53,932 nucleotides of DNA from Candidatus Methylomirabilia bacterium. Lineage in GTDB: Bacteria > Methylomirabilota > Methylomirabilia > Rokubacteriales > CSP1-6. The position numbers were made by a program, and so were the translations under genes. Within the stretch, counting starts at the first letter, position 1. Each line of letters starts with the position of its first letter. Below the pieces are notes generated by a model, which was not told where the DNA came from, searched no databases, and worked only from the letters and a program-made list of their open reading frames with translations. Below are positions 35,521-44,689 of the stretch, in pieces. The DNA lies in the NCBI GenBank assembly GCA_046758385.1, contig JBHIAB010000002.1:1-53932 (forward strand), given 5' to 3'.

Positions 35521-36672
35521 CTAACGGAAGGGGGTGAATTCCCGGCCGTAGACCTCACGTGCGACGAGCCCCTTCATGATCTCGGGGGCGCCATCGCCGA
35601 TCTCCAGTCCGATGACGTCACGCAGCCGTTGCTCGAGCGGCAGCTCCTGGTTGTATCCGTAGTGACCGTGGAGGAGCAGGCAGGCGTGGATCGCGTCGAC
35701 GGCGGCCTTGGGCCCGAGCCACTTCGACATGGCCGACTCCCTCGTATGAGGCAGGCCCTGATCTTTCAGCCAGAGACACTTGTAGGCGAGCAGGCGGGCA
35801 CCTTCGATCATGGTCAGGTGCTCGGCCACCTGGAACGACACCCCCTCAAACTTCGCCAGGGGCCGGCCGAAGGCCTGACGGGTCTTCGTGTATTCCACGG
35901 TCTCGTCGAGTGATTGGATCGCGGCTCCCACGCATGACAGCGCGATCAGCGCCCGGTTGTAGTCGAAGGACGCCATCGCGTTGACGAACCCTTCCCCTTC
36001 CTCGCCGAGCCTGAAGCGGGCGGGGATTCGCGTTCCATCAAAGAAAAGTGATCCACAGCCGGTGAGGCGTCCTCCCGGGCTCTGATACCCCTGGCGCGTG
36101 ACCCCCGGCCGGTCCAGCGGCACGAGAAACGTGGAGACCCCGCGAGAGCCTGATTCTCCGGTTCGGGCAAACACGATACAGGCGTCGGCGTAGCTGGCGA
36201 AGGTGATGGAGGCTTTCTCGCCAGTGATGACATACTCGTCGCCTTGCTTGACGGCGCGGGTCACCAGCTTGGCGGCGTCCGAGCCCACGGCAGGCTCGGT
36301 GAGGCCGAAGGAAAAGACTGACTCGCCGAGGGCCAGGCGAGGGCACCACTCGGCCTGCAGCTCGGGGCTTGCCTTCTCGCGCAGGAGCTCGGCCGGAATG
36401 CAGGTGAGCTGGATGAACTGGGCATAGTTGAAATCGCCGCGGGACAGTTCTTCGGAGGCGATCCCACAGCTCACGAAGGGCGCGTCCTGCCCCCCATAGC
36501 GTTCGGGTATCCGGAGGCCGAGGAGTCCAAGTCGTCCCAGCTCCAGAATCTTCTCGCGCGGAAACTTCTCGCCTCGGTCCCACCGGTGGTAGCTGGGCAA
36601 GAGCTCCGCCTTGGCGTACTGCCGAAGGGTCCTCTCGAGGAGAAGCTGCTCTTCGCTGAACGCGAAATCCAT
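35521..36672 (-). CDS. acyl-CoA dehydrogenase, cyclohexanecarboxyl-CoA dehydrogenase (AliB)-like
   Basis: LTEPAVGSDA, GEKASI, and C-terminal LWLKDQGLPH...KW...HGHYGY...EQRLRDV.G.EIGDG, as recalled for AliB. Confidence 0.88.
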   Translation of the reverse strand: MDFAFSEEQLLLERTLRQYAKAELLPSYHRWDRGEKFPREKILELGRLGLLGLRIPERYGGQDAPFVSCGIASEELSRGDFNYAQFIQLTCIPAELLREKASPELQAEWCPRLALGESVFSFGLTEPAVGSDAAKLVTRAVKQGDEYVITGEKASITFASYADACIVFARTGESGSRGVSTFLVPLDRPGVTRQGYQSPGGRLTGCGSLFFDGTRIPARFRLGEEGEGFVNAMASFDYNRALIALSCVGAAIQSLDETVEYTKTRQAFGRPLAKFEGVSFQVAEHLTMIEGARLLAYKCLWLKDQGLPHTRESAMSKWLGPKAAVDAIHACLLLHGHYGYNQELPLEQRLRDVIGLEIGDGAPEIMKGLVAREVYGREFTPFR

Positions 36673-36742
36673 TTACGCAGCCTACCACGCGGCGAGTACG
36701 CGCGACGCGAGAAGTGGGAGCGAGGGCAACGCCGTGCTCGAT

Positions 36743-37645
36743 TCAGAAGATCGCCAGCGGATTTGCGGGGGCGCCGGTGCTACCGACGAGCCGTATCGGC
36801 GTCGCCGTGAAGAGAAACTCGTGGCGTCCGGCCTCCGCACAGGCCGCGACCAGCTTTTCAGGATTGACATTGTCGATCAGGGCCAGCCCGAGGAAGGGGA
36901 TGGCCAGGTGAGTGCCCATCCCGTAACCAGCATAGCCGATGGGGCGCTCGTCCATCATGTCCCAGGCAATGGCCGCGATGTCACGCTCGCGAAACCACTC
37001 CAGGCAAGAAATGTGCAGGCCCGGATGCGGAGAGACGCGCGGCACCCAGCCGGGATTGGCCCGCTGAAAGGCCTCCTGGCCGCTGCGGACCACCACGACG
37101 TCACCCGGCTCGACCTTCACCCCCGCGTGCGCGGCCACCGAGTCCAGCTCATGGGGTGTGACGGGCTTGCCCACCGTGACGTATCCCTCCTTGCGCCCGG
37201 CGGCGACGTCCAGGAAGGCACCGCGCGTGGTGATCCCATCGAAGAGAGGATCGATTGGGCACCAGGTGGCCCCCGCGGCAGTCAGGCTCTGACCGAACGG
37301 GCGCCCGTTGTAGAGCTGCCCGTCGAACGCCACGTGACAGAGAGCATCGATGTGGGTGATGGTGAAGCCGTGGTAGACGAGATCGAAGCGATCGAGCATC
37401 ACGTCGGCCCGCTCCCGGTTCGACGGGAACGTGACGTGATACATCAGCGCGGGCTGCGGCCCCATGTCTCGCGCCAGCGACACTGTCCGGCCGGTGCGGA
37501 CGAGGGCCTGCGCCTGCGCCCGTTTCTGCGCCGTGATCAGGTTTACGGTGCCGAGCTGATCGCTATCGCCCCAGCGTCCCCAGTTGTTCAGCTCCTTGAA
37601 ATACCCTTCGATACGGGCTTGCGTCGGTCCCGTCCAATCCGACAT
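36743..37645 (-). CDS. cyclase family (kynurenine formamidase-like) metal hydrolase
   Basis: NNWGRWG..DQLGTVN, THIDALCH and EFLF...P....GS.GAP.NP.A. SD GAGGAG. Confidence 0.88.
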   Translation of the reverse strand: MSDWTGPTQARIEGYFKELNNWGRWGDSDQLGTVNLITAQKRAQAQALVRTGRTVSLARDMGPQPALMYHVTFPSNRERADVMLDRFDLVYHGFTITHIDALCHVAFDGQLYNGRPFGQSLTAAGATWCPIDPLFDGITTRGAFLDVAAGRKEGYVTVGKPVTPHELDSVAAHAGVKVEPGDVVVVRSGQEAFQRANPGWVPRVSPHPGLHISCLEWFRERDIAAIAWDMMDERPIGYAGYGMGTHLAIPFLGLALIDNVNPEKLVAACAEAGRHEFLFTATPIRLVGSTGAPANPLAIF

Positions 37646-37704
37646 GGGCGTGCTCCTCTCGTGCCGACATCGCAACACAAATTAGACCAAGAGCGGGTCG
37701 CACG

Positions 37705-38439
37705 TCAAGAAGGCGCCCGCTGTGCGAAGACGGTGCCGAGAACGGCGTGTGGAACCTCGGCGAGTGAGACGGGGCGGTCACTCGTAAACTCGATAGAGAT
37801 CGGTCCCTCGTCACGGGAGGGATCGATCTCCACGGTGAGGTACATGGGAGAGCCCGGCCAGCCGTAGACGAGCTCACCTGCCGCGCCTTCCGTACACTCG
37901 CCCTTCAGGATGAGCTCCCACTGGGTCTGCGCACGCTCGCGGGCTCGGGCCCGCAGCCTGAGCCCCAGGATGGTGACGGGTGGGGGCGGATTCGCCGGTC
38001 CTGGTGGCGGCCGCCAGTCCCGTCGGCCTCCCCCCCCTCCGGCGGCTCTCAACTCGGCGAACTGCACCACGATGCCGAGAGCCTGCTTGGGATGAAGGAA
38101 CGCCTCCGCCCAGCGCGGATCCGAGTCATCGTACGCGACGATGGTGTAGCCGTGCGCCTCGGCCCGATCACAGGCCTCGCGTAGACTGGGGACCCTGAAG
38201 GTCACGTGGTGGATTCCCGGGCCACGCCGAGCCAGGAAGCGGTGCACGAAACCGTCCTCCCCCATCGGCTCGATGATCTCGATGCACCCTCCCCCCTCGA
38301 AGCGCCACGTCCCCCAGCGGAAGACGCCGGAGGGCATTCCGAGCTCGGGCACGCCACCGAGCTCTCCCACGAGAACCGCCGGCGCGCTGGCCATACTCTC
38401 CATTGCGATCGCGATGTGATCGAAGTAAATCTGGGACAT
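37705..38439 (-). CDS. VOC family protein (methylmalonyl-CoA epimerase-like)
   Basis: DHIAIA, IEIIEP, GIHHVTF and FLHPK...GIVVQFAE. Confidence 0.85.
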   Translation of the reverse strand: MSQIYFDHIAIAMESMASAPAVLVGELGGVPELGMPSGVFRWGTWRFEGGGCIEIIEPMGEDGFVHRFLARRGPGIHHVTFRVPSLREACDRAEAHGYTIVAYDDSDPRWAEAFLHPKQALGIVVQFAELRAAGGGGGRRDWRPPPGPANPPPPVTILGLRLRARARERAQTQWELILKGECTEGAAGELVYGWPGSPMYLTVEIDPSRDEGPISIEFTSDRPVSLAEVPHAVLGTVFAQRAPS

Positions 38440-38518
38440 CGGGGCCGCCTGCGGGGCCCAGCCTTGTAGTGTACAATGCGGTGAGCGTCAATGGAACAGC
38501 AGGACAGGGCGACCTCGC

Positions 38519-40582
38519 TCACGCCGAAAGCCTTGCCACTTCCACCATGGCGTCGAACGCCGCTTGTCCCGCCGAGAACCCGAAGAGATCGACGGCGTCA
38601 TCAGGAATCGACGCGCGTCCCGACGTCAGAACATTGAGGCCTTCCCACCCATCGCGCATCCACACGGTCCCCGATCGGATCTTGTTCGTGACGCACGCGC
38701 GGGCCCGGAACTCTCCGCGCTCGTTGTAGACGCGAATCGCCGCACCATCCTCGACCCCACGCCCGTCGGCGTCCGACGGCGAGATCCAGAGATAGGGCTC
38801 GGGATCCACCTTCGCCAGCGTCGGCAAGGCGCGTCCGTGGTCATAGAACCCGTGAAACTGGGTCAACGTCCGCCCTTGCCGAAAGGCGAGCGGATAGCTC
38901 GAGGCGGGCAAGTCTTCGTGCGCCGGCAGCGGCGGAAGCCCGAGTGTCCGCGCCCGCTCCGAGTAGAACTCGACCTTGCCCGACGGCGTATGGAACACGC
39001 GGTCCGGGTACGCGACATGCGAGATCCTGAGTGCCCGCATCCCGCCTTCTGCGCGGAGCGCGGCGACCGTGGCGTGTCCCGTGGACGGATGGTCGAGGAT
39101 GGCGTCGATCGGCTCCTCATCGCTCTCCCACGGAAAGAACTCCGTGAGGCCGAGGCGCCGGGCAAGCTCCTTCAGAATCCACGCGATCGAGCGGGTTTGT
39201 CCCGGCGGAGGCAAGACCTGCGACATCAAGTAGAGATGGGTGTTTGTGCTCTTGCAGCCGAGCTCCTCCAGCCAGCAGGTCGCCGGCAAGAGCACGTCGG
39301 CAAACCGGCGCGCAGTGTCATTCAGGAACAGGTCGTAGCTTGTGACCAGGTCCGCGCGCGCGAGGCCCTCGGCCAGGCGTTCGGCATCGGCGAATGACGA
39401 CAGCATGTCGGTCCCGAACAGGAGGAGCACGCGGACCCGTTGTTTGAGGAGCGCTTCGGTGAGGCGCGACATCTGGTTCGGGACGTAGTCACCCGGCGGA
39501 CGTCGGTCAAGGGCGGCGATGCTCGTGAGCGCCTGGCCGCGTGTGGCGCTGCCGTGGCGGGGCCCCAGACCGCCACCCCGCACGCCGAGGTTACCGGTGA
39601 GCGCCGGGAGACAGCCGACGGCCCGTCCGCCCTGCCAGCCGTTGGCGCCCTTGTGCATAGAGCTGCCGCCGAGGAGGATCATCGCAGGCTTCGTCGTCGC
39701 ATAGCGGCGCGCGAGCGCGGTAATGCGCGCAGCAGGAATGCCGGTGACAGCCGCCGCCCACGCCGGCGAGTGTTTCTGCACATGCGCTGCCAGCTCATCG
39801 AACCCGACCGTGTGCCGGGCCACGAACTCCCGATCGTAAAGTCCCTCCGTGATCAGGACGTGGATCATCCCGAGCGCGAGCGCGGCATCGGTGCCGGGAC
39901 GCAGCAGCAGGACTTCGTCTGACTGCGCCGCCGCCTCGGTCTCCCGCACGTCGATGGTGACGATGTAAGCCCCGCGGTGCTTCGCTGCCGCGAGGTGGCG
40001 TCCCGTGTTCGGCTGGCTCGCCAGATTCGCGCCCCAGAGCACGATGAAAGCCGCGTACCCTCCCATGTCTTCCTTGGTGTTCGTTTCCAGCACGCCGGTG
40101 AGCCCCAGCCCGAACCCGCCGAGCCCCCAGCAGACCATCGTCGGGTTCCACCACTGGCAGCCGTAGAAATTGGAGAACCGGCGGATCAGATGTGACGCGA
40201 TCCGGGTTCCGTAGTTGTTGGCAAACGCGCCGTGGCCGGACCAAGTGCCCACCGCCTCCCGACCAACGGCCAGCATACGCTCGGCAATCAGGTCGAGGAC
40301 TTCGTCCCAGCTCGCCTGACGCCACGCATCGTCCGTGCGCCGGGCCCGGACGAGCGGATGCAGCCGCCGCCGCGGGTTCTCGATGATCTCCCGCGACGCC
40401 TGACCGCGGATGCACAGGAAGCCCTGACTGTCCGGGTTCTCCCTGTCGCCGTGGACTCCTACCAGGCGCCCGTCCTCGACCTCGACCAGCATGCCGCACA
40501 AGGTCGGATGACAGTTCATCGGACACATGGTCCGGATCATGCGAGGCCCGCTGCCGGGCACCGCATCAACGCGAGCGTTCAT
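38519..40582 (-). CDS. DMSO-reductase-family molybdopterin oxidoreductase
   Basis: ATG at 40582 just after the upstream stop. CPMNCHPTLCG...LCIRG Fe-S motif, LLRPGTDAALA, DVLLPA..WLE and a C-terminal MGD domain. No Tat signal. Confidence 0.92.
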   Translation of the reverse strand: MNARVDAVPGSGPRMIRTMCPMNCHPTLCGMLVEVEDGRLVGVHGDRENPDSQGFLCIRGQASREIIENPRRRLHPLVRARRTDDAWRQASWDEVLDLIAERMLAVGREAVGTWSGHGAFANNYGTRIASHLIRRFSNFYGCQWWNPTMVCWGLGGFGLGLTGVLETNTKEDMGGYAAFIVLWGANLASQPNTGRHLAAAKHRGAYIVTIDVRETEAAAQSDEVLLLRPGTDAALALGMIHVLITEGLYDREFVARHTVGFDELAAHVQKHSPAWAAAVTGIPAARITALARRYATTKPAMILLGGSSMHKGANGWQGGRAVGCLPALTGNLGVRGGGLGPRHGSATRGQALTSIAALDRRPPGDYVPNQMSRLTEALLKQRVRVLLLFGTDMLSSFADAERLAEGLARADLVTSYDLFLNDTARRFADVLLPATCWLEELGCKSTNTHLYLMSQVLPPPGQTRSIAWILKELARRLGLTEFFPWESDEEPIDAILDHPSTGHATVAALRAEGGMRALRISHVAYPDRVFHTPSGKVEFYSERARTLGLPPLPAHEDLPASSYPLAFRQGRTLTQFHGFYDHGRALPTLAKVDPEPYLWISPSDADGRGVEDGAAIRVYNERGEFRARACVTNKIRSGTVWMRDGWEGLNVLTSGRASIPDDAVDLFGFSAGQAAFDAMVEVARLSA

Positions 40583-40583
40583 C

Positions 40584-41378
40584 TCAATCGCGCCGCTTGC
40601 GGAAACGAGAGAAATCCGGCTTCCGCTTCTCGATGAACGCCCGCGCCCCTTCCTGCTGTTCTTCCTTCCAGAACTCCGGCGTGACAACGAGACGGCGAAT
40701 GGCGTCCCCGTGCCCCAGAATCTGCTCGAACTCCGCCACAAACGACGCCTTGAGGATCTTGAGGCACGTCGGCGACAGGGCGAGCAGTTCCTCACACCAG
40801 TTTCCCACCTCCTCGTCCAGTCGCTCGTACGGCACCACCGCGTTGGCGAGCCCCCACTCGAGGGCCTGACGCGCCGTATAGCGGCGGCAGAGCATCCACA
40901 TCTCCCGCGCCCGCTTGTGCCCGACAAGCCGCGTCAGATAGCTCACGATCGGCCCCCCGGCCGGGCTGCCGACCCGCGGGCCGTTCTGGCCGAAGACCGC
41001 ATGCTCGGCAGCAATGGTGAAATCGCAGAAATACGCCAGGTGGTTGCCACCCCCGATGGCGTAGCCGTTCACCCGCGCGATCACCGGCTTCGGACAGCGA
41101 GAGACCGTGAGGTGCAGCATGTACGGCTCCAGCGCCTGCCGCTCGAGCCCTCCCTCCCTCTCCCAGTTCACGTCCCCACCAGCGGAGAAGGCTTTGTCCC
41201 CCGCGCCGGTGAGCACGACCACGCCCACCTCCTCGTCAACCCCGGCGTCCTCGAACGCCAGCGTCAGCTCCTTGAGGGTGTCACCGGTGAAGGCGTTGTA
41301 CTGCTTGGGGCGGTTGATCGTGATTCGCACCACCTGGGCCTTCTTCTCGTAGAGGATGTCTGTGAATTCACGAGGCAT
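40584..41378 (-). CDS. MenB/BadI-like crotonase (2-ketocyclohexanecarboxyl-CoA hydrolase-like)
   Basis: INRPKQYNAF, DKAFSAGGD, GYAIGGG, FGQNGPRVGS and GHKRAREMW. Confidence 0.88.
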   Translation of the reverse strand: MPREFTDILYEKKAQVVRITINRPKQYNAFTGDTLKELTLAFEDAGVDEEVGVVVLTGAGDKAFSAGGDVNWEREGGLERQALEPYMLHLTVSRCPKPVIARVNGYAIGGGNHLAYFCDFTIAAEHAVFGQNGPRVGSPAGGPIVSYLTRLVGHKRAREMWMLCRRYTARQALEWGLANAVVPYERLDEEVGNWCEELLALSPTCLKILKASFVAEFEQILGHGDAIRRLVVTPEFWKEEQQEGARAFIEKRKPDFSRFRKRRD

Positions 41379-41467
41379 GCTACGCTCCTTCCAGTAGATT
41401 GAGCCACTCCGACTCCCGGCGTTCGGCCGGCCTTACGTGGACCACGATCTCGAGGAGGGAGACCACA

Positions 41468-41902
41468 TTATCGCCGCGACGGAAGCGCGGCGACGAAGCT
41501 CCCGCTGATGAGCGTGTCGCCTTTCTGATTGACGGCGCGCAGCTCTCCCTCGATCCATTTTTCACCCGCCTCCTCGAACTTTCGCGTCACCCGGCCGGAG
41601 CAGATCACGTGGTCGCCCGGCCACGCCCGGGTGGCGAAGCGCACCTTGAAGCGGCGGACGTTAGGACGGCCGACATATCGGGTCGCGACCTGGCTCAGGA
41701 TCCCCGCGTTGAGCATTCCCATCGCGAACACGGTCGGGTTGCCAGAGGCTTCCGCAAAGGTCTGGTCATGGTGAATGGGATTGAAATCCCCCGAGGCCCC
41801 CGCGTAGCGGACGAAGTCCGTCCGCGTGAGCCCCTCTACCCGCACCTCCGGCAAAGCCTCGCCTTCCTGCACCTCTTCCCAGCTACGCTTGATCGCTGGC
41901 AT
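41468..41902 (-). CDS. MaoC-family dehydratase subunit
   Basis: YAGASGDFNPIHHD, the hydratase-2 motif. Confidence 0.9.
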   Translation of the reverse strand: MPAIKRSWEEVQEGEALPEVRVEGLTRTDFVRYAGASGDFNPIHHDQTFAEASGNPTVFAMGMLNAGILSQVATRYVGRPNVRRFKVRFATRAWPGDHVICSGRVTRKFEEAGEKWIEGELRAVNQKGDTLISGSFVAALPSRR

Positions 41903-41916
41903 GGCGCCTCCTCTCC

Positions 41917-42375
41917 TCAGTCCTTCACCACCTGGCCGGTCTCGACAGTGACCTGGCGGGCGCGGGCGACCACCTCACCCCGCTGGTTCGTGAACTCGGT
42001 CTCGGTCACGGCAAACGTCATCGTCCCCCCGCGCTTCCCCGCCTTCTCGTAGAGGTCCGTGATCCGGCCCACGGCCGTCAACACATCACCGGCGAAGATG
42101 GGCGCGAGCAAGTCGAACTCCTGCTCCCCGTGAAGCGTGCGCTTGAGATCAAATGGAAGCCTGGGTCGCCCCCGGCCATCGTCCCAGTGCGTGATGGTTT
42201 GAAGAAACGTGACGGGAGGCATGATCCCGCCCGCCTCGCGCGTGGCGTACTGCTCGTCGAAGTACACCGGATCGCTGTCCTTGATCGCCTTGGCAAACTC
42301 GCGGATCTTTCCCCGCTCGACGTGCATCGTGACGGGCTCGCCGCTCTTGCCGATGTAGCTTCGGTCAACAGGCAT
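41917..42375 (-). CDS. MaoC-family (FAS1-like N-terminal) dehydratase subunit
   Basis: ERGKIREFAKAI.D.DP.Y, PPVTF and LHGEQEF. Confidence 0.9.
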   Translation of the reverse strand: MPVDRSYIGKSGEPVTMHVERGKIREFAKAIKDSDPVYFDEQYATREAGGIMPPVTFLQTITHWDDGRGRPRLPFDLKRTLHGEQEFDLLAPIFAGDVLTAVGRITDLYEKAGKRGGTMTFAVTETEFTNQRGEVVARARQVTVETGQVVKD

Positions 42376-42435
42376 GTTGTCGTCCTCCGTAGGTTCCCCC
42401 GCCTTCTTGGGCGCTTGGCCTCGCCGCGGCCGGGC

Positions 42436-43239
42436 TCAGCATCGTCGCCCTTCCTGCCCCCCGGGAAAGACCGGCGTGCGCTTCTCCACGAAGGCCCGGA
42501 GCCCTTCGGCCGCGTCGGCGGAGCGCATGTGCGCTCCCACCAGCGCGATCTCCATTTCCAGTCCGCTCGCGAGGTCCGTGTCGAGAGCGCGGTTCACCAG
42601 GGCCTTCACCGTACGGTTGGCCGAGCCACTCTTCAAGGCCAGGGCTCTAGCCAGCTCTTCGACCGTCTCGCCAAGCTTCCCCGCAGGAGCCAGCCGGTTG
42701 ACAAGCCCCCACTCCAGCGCCTGCTGGGCGGTGAGCCACCCGCCCAGCAGCATCAGCTCCTTGGCGCGGCGTACGCCGACCAGGCGGGGGAGCCGCTGGC
42801 TCCCGCCTCCACCCGCCACCAGACCAAAGCTGGCATGCTGGTCCCCCAGCCGAGCCTCCTCGTCCGCCACGACCAGGTCTGCCACCAGCGCCAGCTCCAA
42901 CCCCCCGGCCAGCGCGAAGCCGTGCACCCCGGCGATAACCGGCATGGGAAGGGTCTCGATCCGATTGTAGACCTCGTGCCAGAGGCGGATGAAGTCATTC
43001 CACTTTGCCGGGTCCGGCGCCAGCTCCCGCACCGCCTTCAGGTCGGCCCCGGCACAGAAGGCGCGCCCCGCGCCCGTGAGGGCCACCACCTTGATAGACG
43101 GATCCCGCTCGATGCTCTCACACACGTTCCAGAGTTCTCGCAGGAGCTCAGGGTTGACCGCGTTCAACTGCTCCGGCCGATTCAGGGCCACGCTGGCCAC
43201 GCCCGCGCCCACGGTGAACTTGACACAGGTGAGCGTCAT
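42436..43239 (-). CDS. enoyl-CoA hydratase/isomerase
   Basis: ATG at 43239 with SD GAGGAG. LNRPEQLNA, FCAGADL and ALAGGLEL. Confidence 0.92.
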   Translation of the reverse strand: MTLTCVKFTVGAGVASVALNRPEQLNAVNPELLRELWNVCESIERDPSIKVVALTGAGRAFCAGADLKAVRELAPDPAKWNDFIRLWHEVYNRIETLPMPVIAGVHGFALAGGLELALVADLVVADEEARLGDQHASFGLVAGGGGSQRLPRLVGVRRAKELMLLGGWLTAQQALEWGLVNRLAPAGKLGETVEELARALALKSGSANRTVKALVNRALDTDLASGLEMEIALVGAHMRSADAAEGLRAFVEKRTPVFPGGQEGRRC

Positions 43240-43466
43240 GGTCGTCTCCTCAGTCATTTCTGTCAGCGTCCCCGCCGAGGCCCAGCGCGCTGGCCAGCGG
43301 CTGGTCAAGCTGGAGTCCATCCACTTTTACGATCACGAAGTCGATCACCTCCCGGCTGGCTTCAGCTGGTCCAGGATGCGGGTGAGCGTGGCGTCCGCTT
43401 CACCCTCGACGCGCGCTAGCAGCTCCGCTCGGTAAGCCGCGTGCGGCTCATGCCCGTCGCCTCCCC

Positions 43467-44255
43467 TCAGAACAAGCCCAACGGCGACACAAGCGCGAGC
43501 CCGCCGTCCAGGACCACCGTCTGCCCGGTGAGGAAGTCGGCCTCCTCGGAGCAGAGGAAGGCCACCAGGTTCGCGACGTCCTCGGGCCGCCCGAGCCGCC
43601 GCCGGGGGGTGAAGGCGATCAGCCGCGCTTCGGCAGGGGTCGGATCAACGCCGAGCCCCTGCGCCAGGTACATCCGGTACGAGTCGGTCTCGACGAGGCC
43701 CGGGCTTACCCCGTTGACGGTGACCCCCCGCGGGCCCAGCTCACACGCCAGGTAGCGAACCAGCGTCTCCATGGCGGCCTTGGCCGCGCCGAGGGCGCCA
43801 TGCCCCGGGATGACGTCCCTCGCGTCGAAGCCGGAGAGTGCCACAATGCGGCCGAATCCCTCCCCCATCAGCGCCGCCGCCCGCTGGGCGGCCAGCACGA
43901 AGGCCGTGACCGTGATCGCAAAGGTTCGCGTCACGTTGTAGTCCTTGACCTCCATCAGGGGGCGGAAGGCTGTGGCCGCGGCGTTGGCCACGAAGATGTC
44001 CAGCCGACCAAACTGAGCCCGCGTCGCCTCGAACATTCGTTCGACATCCTCGCTCTGTTCCAGGTCGGCCCGCACCGCGATAACGCGACGGCCGAGCACG
44101 GTGACCGCCCCCACCACCTCCTCCGCAAGCCCCTGCTCCCTGCGGTAGGTGACAACCAGGTCCGCCCCCTCGGACGCCAACCGCAGGGCAATGGCGCGTC
44201 CCATGCCCCGGGAACTGCCCGTGACTAGTGCCACACGACCGTCGAGACGGCTCAT
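43467..44255 (-). CDS. FabL-like enoyl-thioester reductase (SDR)
   Basis: TGSSRGMG, FVANAA...RPLME, KAAMETLVRYLA.ELGP. His replaces the usual catalytic Tyr. Confidence 0.85.
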   Translation of the reverse strand: MSRLDGRVALVTGSSRGMGRAIALRLASEGADLVVTYRREQGLAEEVVGAVTVLGRRVIAVRADLEQSEDVERMFEATRAQFGRLDIFVANAAATAFRPLMEVKDYNVTRTFAITVTAFVLAAQRAAALMGEGFGRIVALSGFDARDVIPGHGALGAAKAAMETLVRYLACELGPRGVTVNGVSPGLVETDSYRMYLAQGLGVDPTPAEARLIAFTPRRRLGRPEDVANLVAFLCSEEADFLTGQTVVLDGGLALVSPLGLF

Positions 44256-44460
44256 GCCCCGAACTTGGAGAAGCCTACGGCACGTTCATCCGTGATGCCG
44301 TGCGGGATGTCGATAAGGAAGGTTGGACGTCAGGGCTTCGTCCTCCTCTCCGCGGGCCCGATCGGCTCAAGTCCGCGGGCTCTGAGTCAGCCGAGGACGA
44401 GGCCGGAGAATTGCTGGGCGACCTCCCTCGCAGCAAGTCGCCCCTCGACGTCGCACTCTT

Positions 44461-44490
44461 TTGACCAAACGATTGGTCGACTCATAGCAT
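44461..44490. promoter_or_regulatory. operator-like inverted repeat overlapping a promoter-like sequence between divergent SDR genes
   Basis: GACCAA-N4-TTGGTC at 44463-44478. TTGACC, 18 nt, TAGCAT. Related TGAC-N7-GTCA at 44561-44575. Confidence 0.5.
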
Positions 44491-44568
44491 GCCCCCGGCA
44501 CCACTGTCAACGGCGCGGACCGCCTAACTCGAAGCGGACGGGTCAATGGTTGCCCACTCGTGACTATA

Positions 44569-44598
44569 TTGGTCATTTTGGTCTAGATATCCTACAAT
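44569..44598 (+). promoter_or_regulatory. possible sigma70 promoter for SDR 44690
   Basis: TTGGTC (44569-44574), 18 nt, TACAAT (44593-44598). Confidence 0.5.
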
Positions 44599-44689
44599 GT
44601 GTGGCGCCCAAGACCCATCCGCTGATCGCTCCGATAACCCTCACCCTGACCCGCTTCCCAGATGTGAGAGGGAAAAGGAGAGCTGAGCA

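Noticed and set aside
35428-35526. GTTAGGC...GCTAAC pair
   Set aside because: The boxes are in the wrong order for an attC on either strand.
44522-44560. attC-like GCCTAAC followed by a small hairpin
   Set aside because: The right half and R' box are missing.
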